Made by a program: the position numbers and the translations under genes
In this document: positions 8,447 through 17,898 of the stretch, piece after piece
How the letters are laid out: every line of letters starts with the position of its first letter
Numbering within the stretch: the first letter of the stretch is position 1
Notes under the pieces: generated by a model
What the model saw: the letters and a program-made list of their open reading frames with translations, nothing else
Told to the model about the DNA's origin: nothing
Database searches by the model: none
Origin: Candidatus Nanoarchaeia archaeon
Lineage (GTDB): Archaea > Nanobdellota > Nanobdellia > SCGC-AAA011-G17 > JACPNG01
Direction of reading: 5' to 3'
Length of the DNA: 64,000 nucleotides
Assembly (NCBI GenBank): GCA_028714375.1
Contig: JAQTMK010000002.1
Coordinates: 21,812 to 85,811 of the forward strand

Positions 8447-9639
8447 TCTTCCACAGCAGATATAGTCACCTTCCCTTCATATTCATCTGGAGCAGTATTT
8501 TCATTCAATTTAACCCTAAAATCAAGATTTGACTCATCATTGGCCTTAAGATTTATTAAAAATAAACTTGGTATCTTTGTTAAGGGATTCCAATTATTGC
8601 TAAAGTAAAACTCTAAACTGTCTGCATTAATATTTTCGTCTCCAGAACTAAAATCTGTTCCAGAAACTTCAATATTAAAATTAACATTACCAAGATTTTT
8701 AATCTTAAGATTTTTGATTTCAGATATCAATCCCTGCTTAACATTTCCAAAATCTAGGTTCTTGGTATCCAAGGAAGAAGCAAGTAAAGGTAAATATTCA
8801 AACTCAAGTTCATTTAAAGAACTTTTATTATTGTCTTCAAGATAAACCTCAATAGTATAATTTCCAGGACTTAAATCATAATACAAATCAAAATATCCTT
8901 CCAATTTATTCCCATTACTTTCCAGTATAATAACTTCATTGTTAAATTCAGCTTTAACATTACTTACCCTGGAAGAACTTGTTGCATTTATATAAATTCT
9001 TTTTTTCTGTCCTGGTAATGGTAATATCTGTATTCCTTCTTCCTCTAAATCATCTGGATGCATTGAAAAAGAAGTTATTTCAAGATTACTCTCTGTAACA
9101 TTAAAAACGACATCAACAGAATCATCATAATAACCTGGACTTCCATCCATCTTTCCTAGTCTCCAATTATTGACATCATCGTTTCCATTCAAATCTATTT
9201 TTTCCATAGAATAACCAGCTTCACTAGGAAAATCTTCAGTATAATTTAAACTTACATTAAAATCACTACATTCAATAAAAATCAAATCTTCTCCGTTATT
9301 CAAAGAAAAACTACCATCTACAGCCTTATAGTTCCCATCAGTTTCATCCCAGATTGTATTATTGTTTCCATAATAACCTTCAAAAGAGGCTCCAGTATCA
9401 CTTGTTAATGTTCTTGCAATCACAATAAACTCAAACGGTTCTATTACTATATCTTCAAAATCACTTCCGTCTATTGTACACTCACTTAAATCAATTTTTG
9501 TATAATTATTGTAAAGTTCAATCCATTCCAAAGCAGTATCACTCATAGCACTTGGATCGTTCATAACTTCAGATATCATCAAATCTGCATAAGCAAAAGG
9601 GATTACCAAAAGTAAAACCAGTATGATTGTTGTTTTCAT
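8443..9639 (-). CDS. Secreted protein with an N-terminal lamin-tail-domain (LTD)-like module
   Basis: Signal peptide, then DLMISEVMNDPSAMSDTALEWIELYNNYTKIDLSECTI, matching the LTD consensus (ISEv..nP.g.d..EWIELyN...dLsg..l). Many N-x-S/T sequons. Confidence 0.55.
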   Translation of the reverse strand: MKTTIILVLLLVIPFAYADLMISEVMNDPSAMSDTALEWIELYNNYTKIDLSECTIDGSDFEDIVIEPFEFIVIARTLTSDTGASFEGYYGNNNTIWDETDGNYKAVDGSFSLNNGEDLIFIECSDFNVSLNYTEDFPSEAGYSMEKIDLNGNDDVNNWRLGKMDGSPGYYDDSVDVVFNVTESNLEITSFSMHPDDLEEEGIQILPLPGQKKRIYINATSSSRVSNVKAEFNNEVIILESNGNKLEGYFDLYYDLSPGNYTIEVYLEDNNKSSLNELEFEYLPLLASSLDTKNLDFGNVKQGLISEIKNLKIKNLGNVNFNIEVSGTDFSSGDENINADSLEFYFSNNWNPLTKIPSLFLINLKANDESNLDFRVKLNENTAPDEYEGKVTISAVEE

Positions 9640-9719
9640 AGATTGTTTTTAACAAAAATCCTTTATAATTTTTAAGATAAAAAATCCAAAAGATTTGCGG
9701 CTCTGTTTAAATAATAAGC

Positions 9720-9727
9720 TTTAAAAA
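9720..9727 (+). promoter_or_regulatory. Putative archaeal TATA box (TTTAAAAA) centred about -26 relative to tRNA-Ser
   Basis: Positioned as expected for an archaeal TATA element, with a purine-rich BRE-like stretch upstream. Confidence 0.35.
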
Positions 9728-9749
9728 CCTCTTAAAAGTCATATAATAT

Positions 9750-9833
9750 GCCGAGGTGGCACAATCTGGTACTGCGCAGGTCTTGAAAACCTGTTTCCGT
9801 AAGGATATCTGGGTTCAAATCCCAGCCTCGGCG
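9750..9833 (+). tRNA. tRNA-Ser (anticodon TGA)
   Basis: Acceptor GCCGAGG/CCTCGGC, anticodon arm CAGGT-CTTGAAA-ACCTG (TGA at 34-36), long variable arm, T-arm TGGGTTCAAATCCCA, discriminator G. No CCA. Confidence 0.85.
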
Positions 9834-9839
9834 TTTTAA

Positions 9840-10451
9840 ATGTTCCAAAAAGATAAACTAACAAGAAAGGCAAAAAAAGAAGGTTATGAAGCTAGATCTG
9901 CATATAAATTAATAGAAATCAACCAAAAATTCAAAATAATAAAACCAAATTCAAGAGTATTAGATATAGGTTGCTGGCCTGGCTCATGGTTACAGGTTTC
10001 TTCAAAAATAGCAAAAGAAGTTGTAGGTGTTGATATAAAACAAACAAAAATAAATCTCCCAAATGTAAAAACCCATGTCTTAGATATCAACTCTGATGAA
10101 GTGTTTAAATTAGGCACTTTTGATTCAATAATTTCAGATGTAGCTCCAAACACATCAGGGAAAATAGAAATAGACCAATACAAAAGTTATGAACTAAGCT
10201 CCAGGGCTTTTGAAATAGCAAAACGTCTTCTAAAACCAAACGGTAATTTTCTAGTAAAAATTTTTCAGGGAGAAGAAAGTAATATATTGTTGAACCAGAT
10301 GAAAAAAAGATTCAGAACAGTAAAGGTAACAAAACCTAAAGCATCAAAGAAAACAAGTAAAGAAGTTTATTTTGTTGGCTTAGGTTTCAATCCTTCTTCT
10401 AAGCCTTCTAAACATTCTTTTGATTCTTCTTCTGTTGAACAAGAGGATTAA
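9840..10451 (+). CDS. rlmE: FtsJ/RlmE-family SAM-dependent rRNA 2'-O-ribose methyltransferase
   Basis: N-terminus RKAKKEGYEARSAYKLIEINQKF and motif I VLDIGCWPGSW are typical of RrmJ/FtsJ. The start is 6 nt after tRNA-Ser. The Ser/Lys-rich C-terminal tail overlaps a convergent ORF. Confidence 0.8.
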   Translation: MFQKDKLTRKAKKEGYEARSAYKLIEINQKFKIIKPNSRVLDIGCWPGSWLQVSSKIAKEVVGVDIKQTKINLPNVKTHVLDINSDEVFKLGTFDSIISDVAPNTSGKIEIDQYKSYELSSRAFEIAKRLLKPNGNFLVKIFQGEESNILLNQMKKRFRTVKVTKPKASKKTSKEVYFVGLGFNPSSKPSKHSFDSSSVEQED

Positions 10452-11027
10452 AATTATTAAAACAACACCAACGATAATCTTCCAGTCAGTATACCAGTTA
10501 TAATTGTCTGTAGCTGGTTTTTCCTCTTTTGGGTACCAATTTTTTTCTTTAGCAATTATTCTTAGATCAGGATTCCCATCTTCTGGAAGCATAACAAGTT
10601 GTAGACTAACCTGGTCATTTAATATTGAAACAATCTTGATAGTCATATCATCTATAAAATCTCTCTCAATATCCAAGTTTATTTCTTTGCCTTTCTCAAG
10701 TGTAACGTATTGTGGAGTTTCAGCTCCCTCAATAAAAATAGCTAAATCTACACCATTACTATTAACATCATCTATCTTAATGACTTCTGAGTGTTTTAAA
10801 CGGGCAAAATTAATTTGTTCTTTACCCTCCTCATTAATAAATGGTTTTTCATAGTCTCTGAATTCTAAACCAAATTTAACTGCATCTCTTGCACTCAAAA
10901 CAACAATTTGTTCTTTATTTTCAGTAAGATTAACAGTCTTGATTTCTCCCGCATATACCAGATTCATTAAAACTAAGACTATGAATATAAAAATAACTTT
11001 TTTCATAAGAATAAAGTAAAATCTCAA
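10380..11027 (-). CDS. Secreted hypothetical protein with a C-terminal TM and a strongly basic cytoplasmic tail
   Basis: Signal peptide (IFIFIVLVLMNLVYA), a C-terminal TM (IIVGVVLIILILLF), and the tail NRRRIKRMFRRLRRRIET. Confidence 0.4.
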   Translation of the reverse strand: MRFYFILMKKVIFIFIVLVLMNLVYAGEIKTVNLTENKEQIVVLSARDAVKFGLEFRDYEKPFINEEGKEQINFARLKHSEVIKIDDVNSNGVDLAIFIEGAETPQYVTLEKGKEINLDIERDFIDDMTIKIVSILNDQVSLQLVMLPEDGNPDLRIIAKEKNWYPKEEKPATDNYNWYTDWKIIVGVVLIILILLFNRRRIKRMFRRLRRRIET

Positions 11028-11058
11028 TTTATAAACTTTTATTAGATGTAGAATATAA

Positions 11059-11598
11059 TTACTTTATTAACTCTACTTCTATATCCATGGCTGGGAAAAT
11101 TCTGGATAAAAATGTCTTTTCATATAAAATCTGCATCTTATTGGAAGAATTGATCAAAGGTTCAATCAAATGATTAAAAAATAATATTCCTTTCTCAAAC
11201 GTAATTTTCTGGTTGATTATCTTGTTAAAATGAAAATGAAAATAATAATCCCTTCCATGCTTAGAATCTTCAACAAAAAACTCAAAGGTTTTAATGGAAA
11301 ATCTCTTTTTATGAGTTGGATCTATATAATTGTTTCTTGAAGTAAAATGGGGGACTTGTATCTTTATTTTTCCTCCCTTTTTAAGAATCCTGTGCAAATC
11401 TTCTAAGACCGAAACATATTCAACGTGTTCTAAAATATCCAAACATAATATTTCATCAAATTCCTCATTTTTAAAGGGGAGTGGTAGTTTTTCAATATCA
11501 TGGACAACATCTACTCCCTGAAGATTGATAGAATCTAGATTAATCCAACCTTTTCTTATATCCGAACCACAGCCTAAGTTTAATTTTTGAACCATCAA
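11059..11598 (-). CDS. Class I SAM-dependent methyltransferase (type 11-like)
   Basis: Motif I LNLGCGSD and post-I acidic residue. Short Rossmann-fold methyltransferase architecture. Confidence 0.65.
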   Translation of the reverse strand: MMVQKLNLGCGSDIRKGWINLDSINLQGVDVVHDIEKLPLPFKNEEFDEILCLDILEHVEYVSVLEDLHRILKKGGKIKIQVPHFTSRNNYIDPTHKKRFSIKTFEFFVEDSKHGRDYYFHFHFNKIINQKITFEKGILFFNHLIEPLINSSNKMQILYEKTFLSRIFPAMDIEVELIK

Positions 11599-11656
11599 AA
11601 TTCAGAATAGATTTGATTTAAATAAGTTACTAAAAAAGAAAAAAAGAAAAAGAGAT

Positions 11657-13879
11657 TTAATCTCTTCTTTTAATTACAAAGTAAACGATTATAGCTACTA
11701 CAATTACTGCTAAGATAATCCATAGCCATATTTTACTTCCACTCTCAGTTCCTTCAGTTGGTGTTTCTTCTCCACCAATTACTTCTTCACCTTCTTCAGT
11801 TTCAGGAGTTGATGTACTTACACTCTCTGTAGCCAATTTTTCAACTGTGTATTCAACAATTCCGTTGTTAATGCCATCAAGTGTAACTTGTATATCCTTT
11901 GATCCATCTCCGTCTATATCAACCGATTCAGATTCCCCAACAGCTAAAGTCAAAGTTACAGGGTTAGAGCTTACTATAAATGTAACTTTTTTATCTTCAA
12001 CCTGGCTTACTCTGATTTTATGGGTTGATGTTCCACCCAAACTGAATGTTCTTTCACTTCCTTGGCTTGAAGTAAATGTTGCTGAAGTTGCAGTAGTTAA
12101 GTCAGCATCCACAGTTGTTGTGGTTGTTGTAGATCCTCCACCACCGCCTCCGCCTGTTCCAGATGTTGATCCACCATATGAAGCAGTAAATGTACTTGTA
12201 GTAGATCCTTCATTGCCTACAGCATCTGTTGCATAACAAGTAACTGTATATGTTCCAGCAGACTGTGTATCTGTGTTTGTCCAAGTTACAGATTCTTTTT
12301 CGCTCACTGTTGTTGAAGCTCTTATAATTGTGCTTGCGTCTGGCTTAGTTAGTTTCCATGAATAACTCGATACTCCAGATAGGTCATCACTAGCTTCACA
12401 GGTAAATGTAACTGAACCAGATACGTCAATTGAAGTATCACTTGGATCTGTAATTGTTGCGGCCGGAGCAGTTCCATCTACTGTAAATGTATCCTTAAAG
12501 ATAGTGGTATATCCTTCTATCCCTGCACATCCTGCACTTTGGTTTAGTGTAATTACAAAGTAAGATACATTTGATGTATTCCAAACCCCCGATGGGAACG
12601 TAATATTATAAGCCAAAGTTACATGCTGGGTTGCACCACCAGTACTATTAACAGTCTTAAGAGTCTCTTTAGCTTCTACGTAATTTAAAGATCTTAAATC
12701 CGTTCCGTTGTTGGTGTAATATGTATATATTGTATCATCCTTAAATGGTCCAGTTGCTTCTAAATCAATAATAATACTTGTGTAGGGTTTAAAATACTTA
12801 ACCGGATTTGTACTAAGATAATCTACCGCATTTGTCTCATCAGTAATATTCAACAACGTAATTGTTACAACATCTGAAGAGTTTATAAGTACATATCCTG
12901 GAACCGTTGCAGCCATTGCAGATTCATTAAAGTTTGCAGTATTTCCCACTGAATCATTTGCAAATATGGAGAATGATAAATTATTTCCTTCACTCAACGC
13001 AGATTGTGGAATTGTTCCAGTGTACATTGAAGGCTCTGTCTTAGTAAAGAACACGATGGTTCCCTGATTATTAGCAGTTTCTGCAATTCCGGTAGTGTTA
13101 TAACTCATCCAAACCGCAGAGACATCGTTCATCGCATCAGTCATTGTCAACAATAATCTAATATCTGAACTCACTCCACTTAAAACCAAACTTCCATTAA
13201 AGTGATTGGCTGTACTATTCACCCATGTCATATTTCCATCTGTAATGTTTAAACTTCCAGTTAAAACAGTTGGATTTATACCATCGATTCCAATACTAAT
13301 ACTTGTTGTGTTTGTGATTCCAGCAGCAACAGCAGTACTAGTCAATACCACAATATTGGAAGCTGACTCCGCACTTGCAGTGGCAGTCATATTAAGATAA
13401 AGTATTATGGTTGTATTAGTTGAACCCAATGCTGCACTAGCACTATTATTACTACAAATAATTGTTGAAGTAAAATTAGAACAACTCCAGTCTAACTGAT
13501 TACCTGAACTATCATAAGTAACATTACTCAAACTGTTTGTTGAGTTAGGGAAAGTTGCCCAATCTAATCCTGCAACTCCTTCTATAACTAATTCATCAGT
13601 TGCCGCTGCTGAATTTGTAAATCTCAAAAGTGAGTAATTTCCTTCATCCAAGGTAATGTTAAAGTTAGTTATCAAACTTCCAGTACCATCATGGACGATT
13701 GTAATTTTAAATAATTCTGTCTCACCACCCTTTGTCATGTTATTTACTCCATCAGATCCCAGTGTTGCAGTTACAGCAGTATTCGTTGTATCCAAATCTG
13801 CAAGAACAAAAGAACCAAAGAGTACTAACAAAACAAAAAAAACACTAGAAAGAATAAACACATTTCTCTTTTTATCCAT
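11657..13879 (-). CDS. Large secreted surface (S-layer-like) glycoprotein candidate, very rich in N-glycosylation sequons, with a C-terminal TM anchor
   Basis: Signal peptide (VFILSSVFFVLLVLFGSFVLA), dozens of N-x-S/T sequons, a PKD/Ig-like segment (TFTCEASDDLSGVSSYSWKL), a Gly/Thr low-complexity linker (SGTGGGGGGGSTTTTTT), and a C-terminal TM (IWLWIILAVIVVAIIVYFVI) followed by KRRD. Confidence 0.6.
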   Translation of the reverse strand: MDKKRNVFILSSVFFVLLVLFGSFVLADLDTTNTAVTATLGSDGVNNMTKGGETELFKITIVHDGTGSLITNFNITLDEGNYSLLRFTNSAAATDELVIEGVAGLDWATFPNSTNSLSNVTYDSSGNQLDWSCSNFTSTIICSNNSASAALGSTNTTIILYLNMTATASAESASNIVVLTSTAVAAGITNTTSISIGIDGINPTVLTGSLNITDGNMTWVNSTANHFNGSLVLSGVSSDIRLLLTMTDAMNDVSAVWMSYNTTGIAETANNQGTIVFFTKTEPSMYTGTIPQSALSEGNNLSFSIFANDSVGNTANFNESAMAATVPGYVLINSSDVVTITLLNITDETNAVDYLSTNPVKYFKPYTSIIIDLEATGPFKDDTIYTYYTNNGTDLRSLNYVEAKETLKTVNSTGGATQHVTLAYNITFPSGVWNTSNVSYFVITLNQSAGCAGIEGYTTIFKDTFTVDGTAPAATITDPSDTSIDVSGSVTFTCEASDDLSGVSSYSWKLTKPDASTIIRASTTVSEKESVTWTNTDTQSAGTYTVTCYATDAVGNEGSTTSTFTASYGGSTSGTGGGGGGGSTTTTTTVDADLTTATSATFTSSQGSERTFSLGGTSTHKIRVSQVEDKKVTFIVSSNPVTLTLAVGESESVDIDGDGSKDIQVTLDGINNGIVEYTVEKLATESVSTSTPETEEGEEVIGGEETPTEGTESGSKIWLWIILAVIVVAIIVYFVIKRRD

Positions 13880-13990
13880 TCTCTAACCTCCTTTTTTTGT
13901 GAATTCACACTATTTTTAATATATATTTTGATTATATACTTAATAAATATAACATAAGAACTTATATATAAATCTTACAGTTTCAAAAAA

Positions 13991-15265
13991 TCATTCTCCT
14001 TCGAATGAAATCATAGAATAAATATCATATTTTCTTAATTTATCTCTTCCTTTCAAATCAGGAAGTTCGATTACAAAAGCAATCTCAAAAACTTTTGCAT
14101 TTCTTCTTTCAATTAAGTCTGCAGCAGCTTTTGCAGTTCCACCAGTAGCAAGTAAATCATCAATAAGCAAAACATTTTGGTTTTCTTTTATAGAATCCAC
14201 ATGAATCTCAAGTTTATCAGTTCCATATTCCAATGAATACTCAACACTGTCAACATTAAATGGTAACTTCCCAGGTTTTCTTATTGGAACAAAACCGACT
14301 CCTAATAAGTTAGCTAGAGCACCGCCAATAATGAATCCTCTGCTTTCAATCCCAGCGATAACATCAATCTTTGAATCCCTATATCTTTCATAAAGTTTTT
14401 CCAGAACATAACTGAATGCATATTTATCATTCAGTAAAGTTGTAATATCCCTAAACATTATCCCTTTTTTAGGAAAATCAGGTATTGTTCTTACTTTTGA
14501 TTTCAGATCAATCTCTTTTTTGGCCAGTTTAGGTATAATATTTATCAACAAACTTTTCATCTTCTCAGCATTTTGCTCAAAGATTTTATATACCATTTCC
14601 CATGAAACACTTTCTTCTCCTTCTTTCCAGCAATCATAATCAGTACTCATCGCAACAGCAGAATATCTTATACCAAGTTCATTGGCTAAGATAGCCTCAG
14701 GAGCAATAGACATATTGATAACGTCAGCTCCCCACATCCTAAACATTTTACTTTCTGCTTTAGTGGAAAATCTTGGACCTTCGATTGTAATCACAGTCCC
14801 TTTTTCATGAACTTTTAATTTCAATTCTTTAGCAGTTTCAATTAAAACTTCTCTTAAATTTTTATCAAAAGGTTCTGCTGTTGAAACATGTACAGGCTTA
14901 TCGTCAAAGTGCTCAAAAAAACTTACTTTCCTGTGCCTTGTAAAATCTATAAACTGATCTAGAATAACAAAATCACCTCTCCCAATCTCCTCTCTCAAAG
15001 ATCCCACAGCAGTTGTAGCAATTATCAAATCACATCCAATTTGTTTTAAAGCATAAACATTAGCTCTATAATTAACCTGGCTTGGAGGAATATTATGTTT
15101 TCTTCCATGTCTGGCAAGTATAGCTACCTCTACTCCTTTAATTTTTCCTTCAACTATTCTATCAGAAGGTTTTCCGTATGGAGTTTCTACTTCATATTCA
15201 AATTTATCTTCTAGAATATTAGGATTATCCAGTCCAGATCCTCCAATGATTCCAATTTTAGTCAT
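13991..15265 (-). CDS. Fusion protein: 5'-methylthioadenosine / purine nucleoside phosphorylase (N-terminal) fused to adenine phosphoribosyltransferase (C-terminal)
   Basis: N-terminal [12 protein letters not shown]...[30 protein letters not shown] is the MTAP/PNP-family signature. The C-terminal part has the PRTase PRPP-binding loop [13 protein letters not shown] and APRT-like flanks. Confidence 0.8.
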   Translation of the reverse strand: MTKIGIIGGSGLDNPNILEDKFEYEVETPYGKPSDRIVEGKIKGVEVAILARHGRKHNIPPSQVNYRANVYALKQIGCDLIIATTAVGSLREEIGRGDFVILDQFIDFTRHRKVSFFEHFDDKPVHVSTAEPFDKNLREVLIETAKELKLKVHEKGTVITIEGPRFSTKAESKMFRMWGADVINMSIAPEAILANELGIRYSAVAMSTDYDCWKEGEESVSWEMVYKIFEQNAEKMKSLLINIIPKLAKKEIDLKSKVRTIPDFPKKGIMFRDITTLLNDKYAFSYVLEKLYERYRDSKIDVIAGIESRGFIIGGALANLLGVGFVPIRKPGKLPFNVDSVEYSLEYGTDKLEIHVDSIKENQNVLLIDDLLATGGTAKAAADLIERRNAKVFEIAFVIELPDLKGRDKLRKYDIYSMISFEGE

Positions 15266-15348
15266 TTTTACTTTATTAATGGGTGAGACAAACTTTAAAT
15301 ATATTATTCTACAAAAAAATAGATAAAAGAGAGGTTCTATTCAAGAAT

Positions 15349-17025
15349 ATGAAAAAAACAACAAAAATAGTGATTTTGGTATTTCTGATAGCTATAATAT
15401 TAAAATTTGCTTTAAGTTTTTTAGTAAACAATCCAATAGCGTTCAGTGATGATTATACCTATATAAAATTAGCAAGAAATATTTTTTATTTTAACACATT
15501 CTCGGTAAACAGCCAAAACCCATTGTACTATCCTCCGTTATATCCACTTATTTTATCTTTTACTTATTTGGTTAAAGATATGAATTTAATATTCGTTCTT
15601 ATGAAACTAATAAATTCAATAATTTCATCCCTGATTATCTTTCCGATTTTCCTTCTAGCCAGAGAATTTCTGGATGAGAGAGAAACAATTATCTTAACGA
15701 TAATAACTGCCCTGCTTCCTTACAATATCTTATTCTCAAATGTAATAATGGCAGAGAATTTATTTTATCCTCTGGTTTTATTTTCAATATATTTTATTTA
15801 CAAGTCCTTCACAACAAAGAAAATTACCTATGACATTCTTGCCGGAATTTTTATTTCACTAAGTTATTTAACAAAAACTCTCGGTCTCGGATTAATATTT
15901 GTGGTGTTAATCCCATTCTTGTATAAATTAATTAAAGGAAATTATTATGAAATAAAGAAAAAAATAGTTATGGCAGTATTCTTTATTTTAGTTTCATTAC
16001 CTTGGTTTATCAGAAATTTCGAGTTGTTTGGTTTTAGTTTAGGTCTATTTGCAGGAGGCTATCCAACAACAAAAATAACAACTGCGATTTCTTCAACGAA
16101 CTATTTAACATTAATTGGATGGTTTTTTGTTTATCTTGGCTATTTAATAATTTCTTCAGCAATAATCTTTTTTGTATTTAATTTATCTTTCATAAAAAAT
16201 GCATCTGAAAAAAGAGAAAAAATTTTAAGTTTAATAGTCATATCCTCAATCTTTAGTTTTTTAATAATAGCTTCGATGCATCACATCAATGCTATTGCAG
16301 ATTCTCTTACAAATCTATTTTTCCTAAGAGGAAGACCTCTTGGAAGATATATTGAATTTTTAACTCCTTTAATTATTATCGGTGCGTTTATCGGATTTAA
16401 AAAAAGAAATCTTAAGTTTGAAAAAACAGCCCTAATCATACTAACTGCCTTAGCAGCGGTTGTAATCTCACAACTGATATATTATCAATTGTTCCCGGTG
16501 AATACAATTAGTCTATCATTGGTGGGGGGGATAACTTATATAATTGGAACAAATTTATCCTCATTTTTGTTGCCACTACTCTTAATTTTTTTAGCTGTGT
16601 TTGTATTTATAATTTCAAAGATAAAAATAAACTATCTTGTTTATGTTTTCATAACTTTAATGATGTTAACCAGCTTAATAGGTTACTCAGCTATGCTAAA
16701 ACAATCTGGAGACTGGTCAAAAAATCCTCAGATTCATCTGGGAGAATTCCTGAATGATAATAAAATCTCAAATATCTTGATAGATAGGAATAATTGTATA
16801 GAAAAGCTTACAAAAACAACAACTAATGAAGGAATTTGTGATTATGAACATGACATAACTATTATAGGTTTAAAAACAAATGACAATATTTTGATAGATT
16901 TTCCGTCAGAACAGAACCTAAAAAATAATGATTTCCTAATAAGCAAGGAACAGTATAGTTATAAAATAGTAAAAGAAGAAAACAAAATCTATATATATTC
17001 CCTAAAAGACCCAGAATTAAAATGA
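15349..17025 (+). CDS. GT-C-fold membrane glycosyltransferase (ArnT/PMT-like, Dol-P-sugar dependent)
   Basis: Polytopic membrane protein with an acidic first-loop motif (FSDDYTYIKLARN) as in ArnT/PMT/GT83-like enzymes. The ORF-track start at 15283 would leave only 17 bp to the divergent upstream gene, so the Met at 15349 (MKKTTKIVILVFL) is more plausible. Confidence 0.5.
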   Translation: MKKTTKIVILVFLIAIILKFALSFLVNNPIAFSDDYTYIKLARNIFYFNTFSVNSQNPLYYPPLYPLILSFTYLVKDMNLIFVLMKLINSIISSLIIFPIFLLAREFLDERETIILTIITALLPYNILFSNVIMAENLFYPLVLFSIYFIYKSFTTKKITYDILAGIFISLSYLTKTLGLGLIFVVLIPFLYKLIKGNYYEIKKKIVMAVFFILVSLPWFIRNFELFGFSLGLFAGGYPTTKITTAISSTNYLTLIGWFFVYLGYLIISSAIIFFVFNLSFIKNASEKREKILSLIVISSIFSFLIIASMHHINAIADSLTNLFFLRGRPLGRYIEFLTPLIIIGAFIGFKKRNLKFEKTALIILTALAAVVISQLIYYQLFPVNTISLSLVGGITYIIGTNLSSFLLPLLLIFLAVFVFIISKIKINYLVYVFITLMMLTSLIGYSAMLKQSGDWSKNPQIHLGEFLNDNKISNILIDRNNCIEKLTKTTTNEGICDYEHDITIIGLKTNDNILIDFPSEQNLKNNDFLISKEQYSYKIVKEENKIYIYSLKDPELK

Positions 17026-17897
17026 AAGTAATAATTTCAATACCTGCATACAATGAAGAAAAAAATCTCCTAGATGTAATAAAAGAAATAAAAGAAACTA
17101 TGTCAAAAACAAAATATAATTATTCTATTCTTGTCTTAGATGATGGTTCTAGAGATAAAACTGCAGAAATTGCTAAAAAAGCAGGAGCAATAATTATTTC
17201 AAATTCCAGAAACTTAGGCCTGGCTGAAACATTCAAAAAAGAAATGCAAGAGTGTGTTAATCTAGATGCAGATATAATTGTCCATACTGACGCAGATGGT
17301 CAGTATCCAGCGTTGTATATTCCTTACCTAATAAAAAAAATAGAAGAAGGGTATGATTTGGTTTTAGGAAGTAGATTTGGAAAAGGAAAATATTCAGAAA
17401 CCTTTTTAAAAAAAATTGGAAATGTTGCATTCGCTAAAATCTTCTCTGGATTGTTAAAAACAAAAATAACAGATACGACAACTGGATTCAGAGCATTTAC
17501 TAAAGAGGTTGCAAAACTCCCTCTTATTAACACATTTACCTATACCCAAGAACAATTAATAAGAGCAGGAAAAACTAAAATGAAAATAACAGAAATCCCG
17601 ATAACGACAAGAAAAACAAGAAAAAGTAAATTATTCAATGGTCCAATAGATTATGCAATAAAAGCGTGGATTAACATTTTTAGAATCTATAGGGATTATG
17701 CTCCATTAAAATTCTTCGGCCTGTTTGGTGGGATTTTCATATTAGTGGGATTTATTTTGGGTGTGTGGGTAATTTATAATATAATAACCGCTGGAGCAGC
17801 TGGCGGAATCCCAAGAGTAATACTCTCCGCATTGTGTATAATTACCGGTCTACAGATTTGGTTCTTTGGATTCTTAGCAGATATGATAAGAAAATAA
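17022..17897 (+). CDS. GT2 glycosyltransferase, dolichyl-phosphate mannose/glucose synthase-like, with a C-terminal TM hairpin
   Basis: ISIPAYNEEKNL ... VLDDGSRDKT ... HTDADGQ (DxD) is the GT2 DPM1-like signature. The ATGA overlap with the upstream GT-C gene indicates coupling. Confidence 0.8.
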   Translation: MKVIISIPAYNEEKNLLDVIKEIKETMSKTKYNYSILVLDDGSRDKTAEIAKKAGAIIISNSRNLGLAETFKKEMQECVNLDADIIVHTDADGQYPALYIPYLIKKIEEGYDLVLGSRFGKGKYSETFLKKIGNVAFAKIFSGLLKTKITDTTTGFRAFTKEVAKLPLINTFTYTQEQLIRAGKTKMKITEIPITTRKTRKSKLFNGPIDYAIKAWINIFRIYRDYAPLKFFGLFGGIFILVGFILGVWVIYNIITAGAAGGIPRVILSALCIITGLQIWFFGFLADMIRK

Positions 17898-17898
17898 A

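Noticed and set aside
10380-10451. 72-bp convergent overlap between rlmE and the 10380-11027 ORF, considered as a possible frameshift or pseudogene signal
   Set aside because: Both ORFs have sensible ends (low-complexity tail and basic tail). Convergent 3' overlaps are common in this compact genome. There is no evidence of disruption.
12121-12180. GGN/ACN codon-repeat tract, considered as a possible slipped-strand phase-variation site
   Set aside because: The repeat is at codon level with mixed synonymous codons, not a DNA homopolymer or perfect short tandem repeat. It encodes a Gly/Thr linker and is unlikely to be a contingency locus.
11847-12236. 129-aa Val/Pro-rich + strand ORF
   Set aside because: It is antisense to the Gly/Thr-linker region of the S-layer-like gene. 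The proline and valine runs are the reverse-complement reading of GGN/ACN codon repeats.
13206-13886. Small + strand ORFs (13206-13400, 13656-13886)
   Set aside because: They are antisense to the S-layer-like CDS and have no motifs.
15283-15348. 5' extension of the GT-C ORF to the ATG at 15283
   Set aside because: It would leave only 17 bp between divergent genes. The Met at 15349, followed directly by a TM helix, is the more plausible start. The extension was kept only as an alternative.
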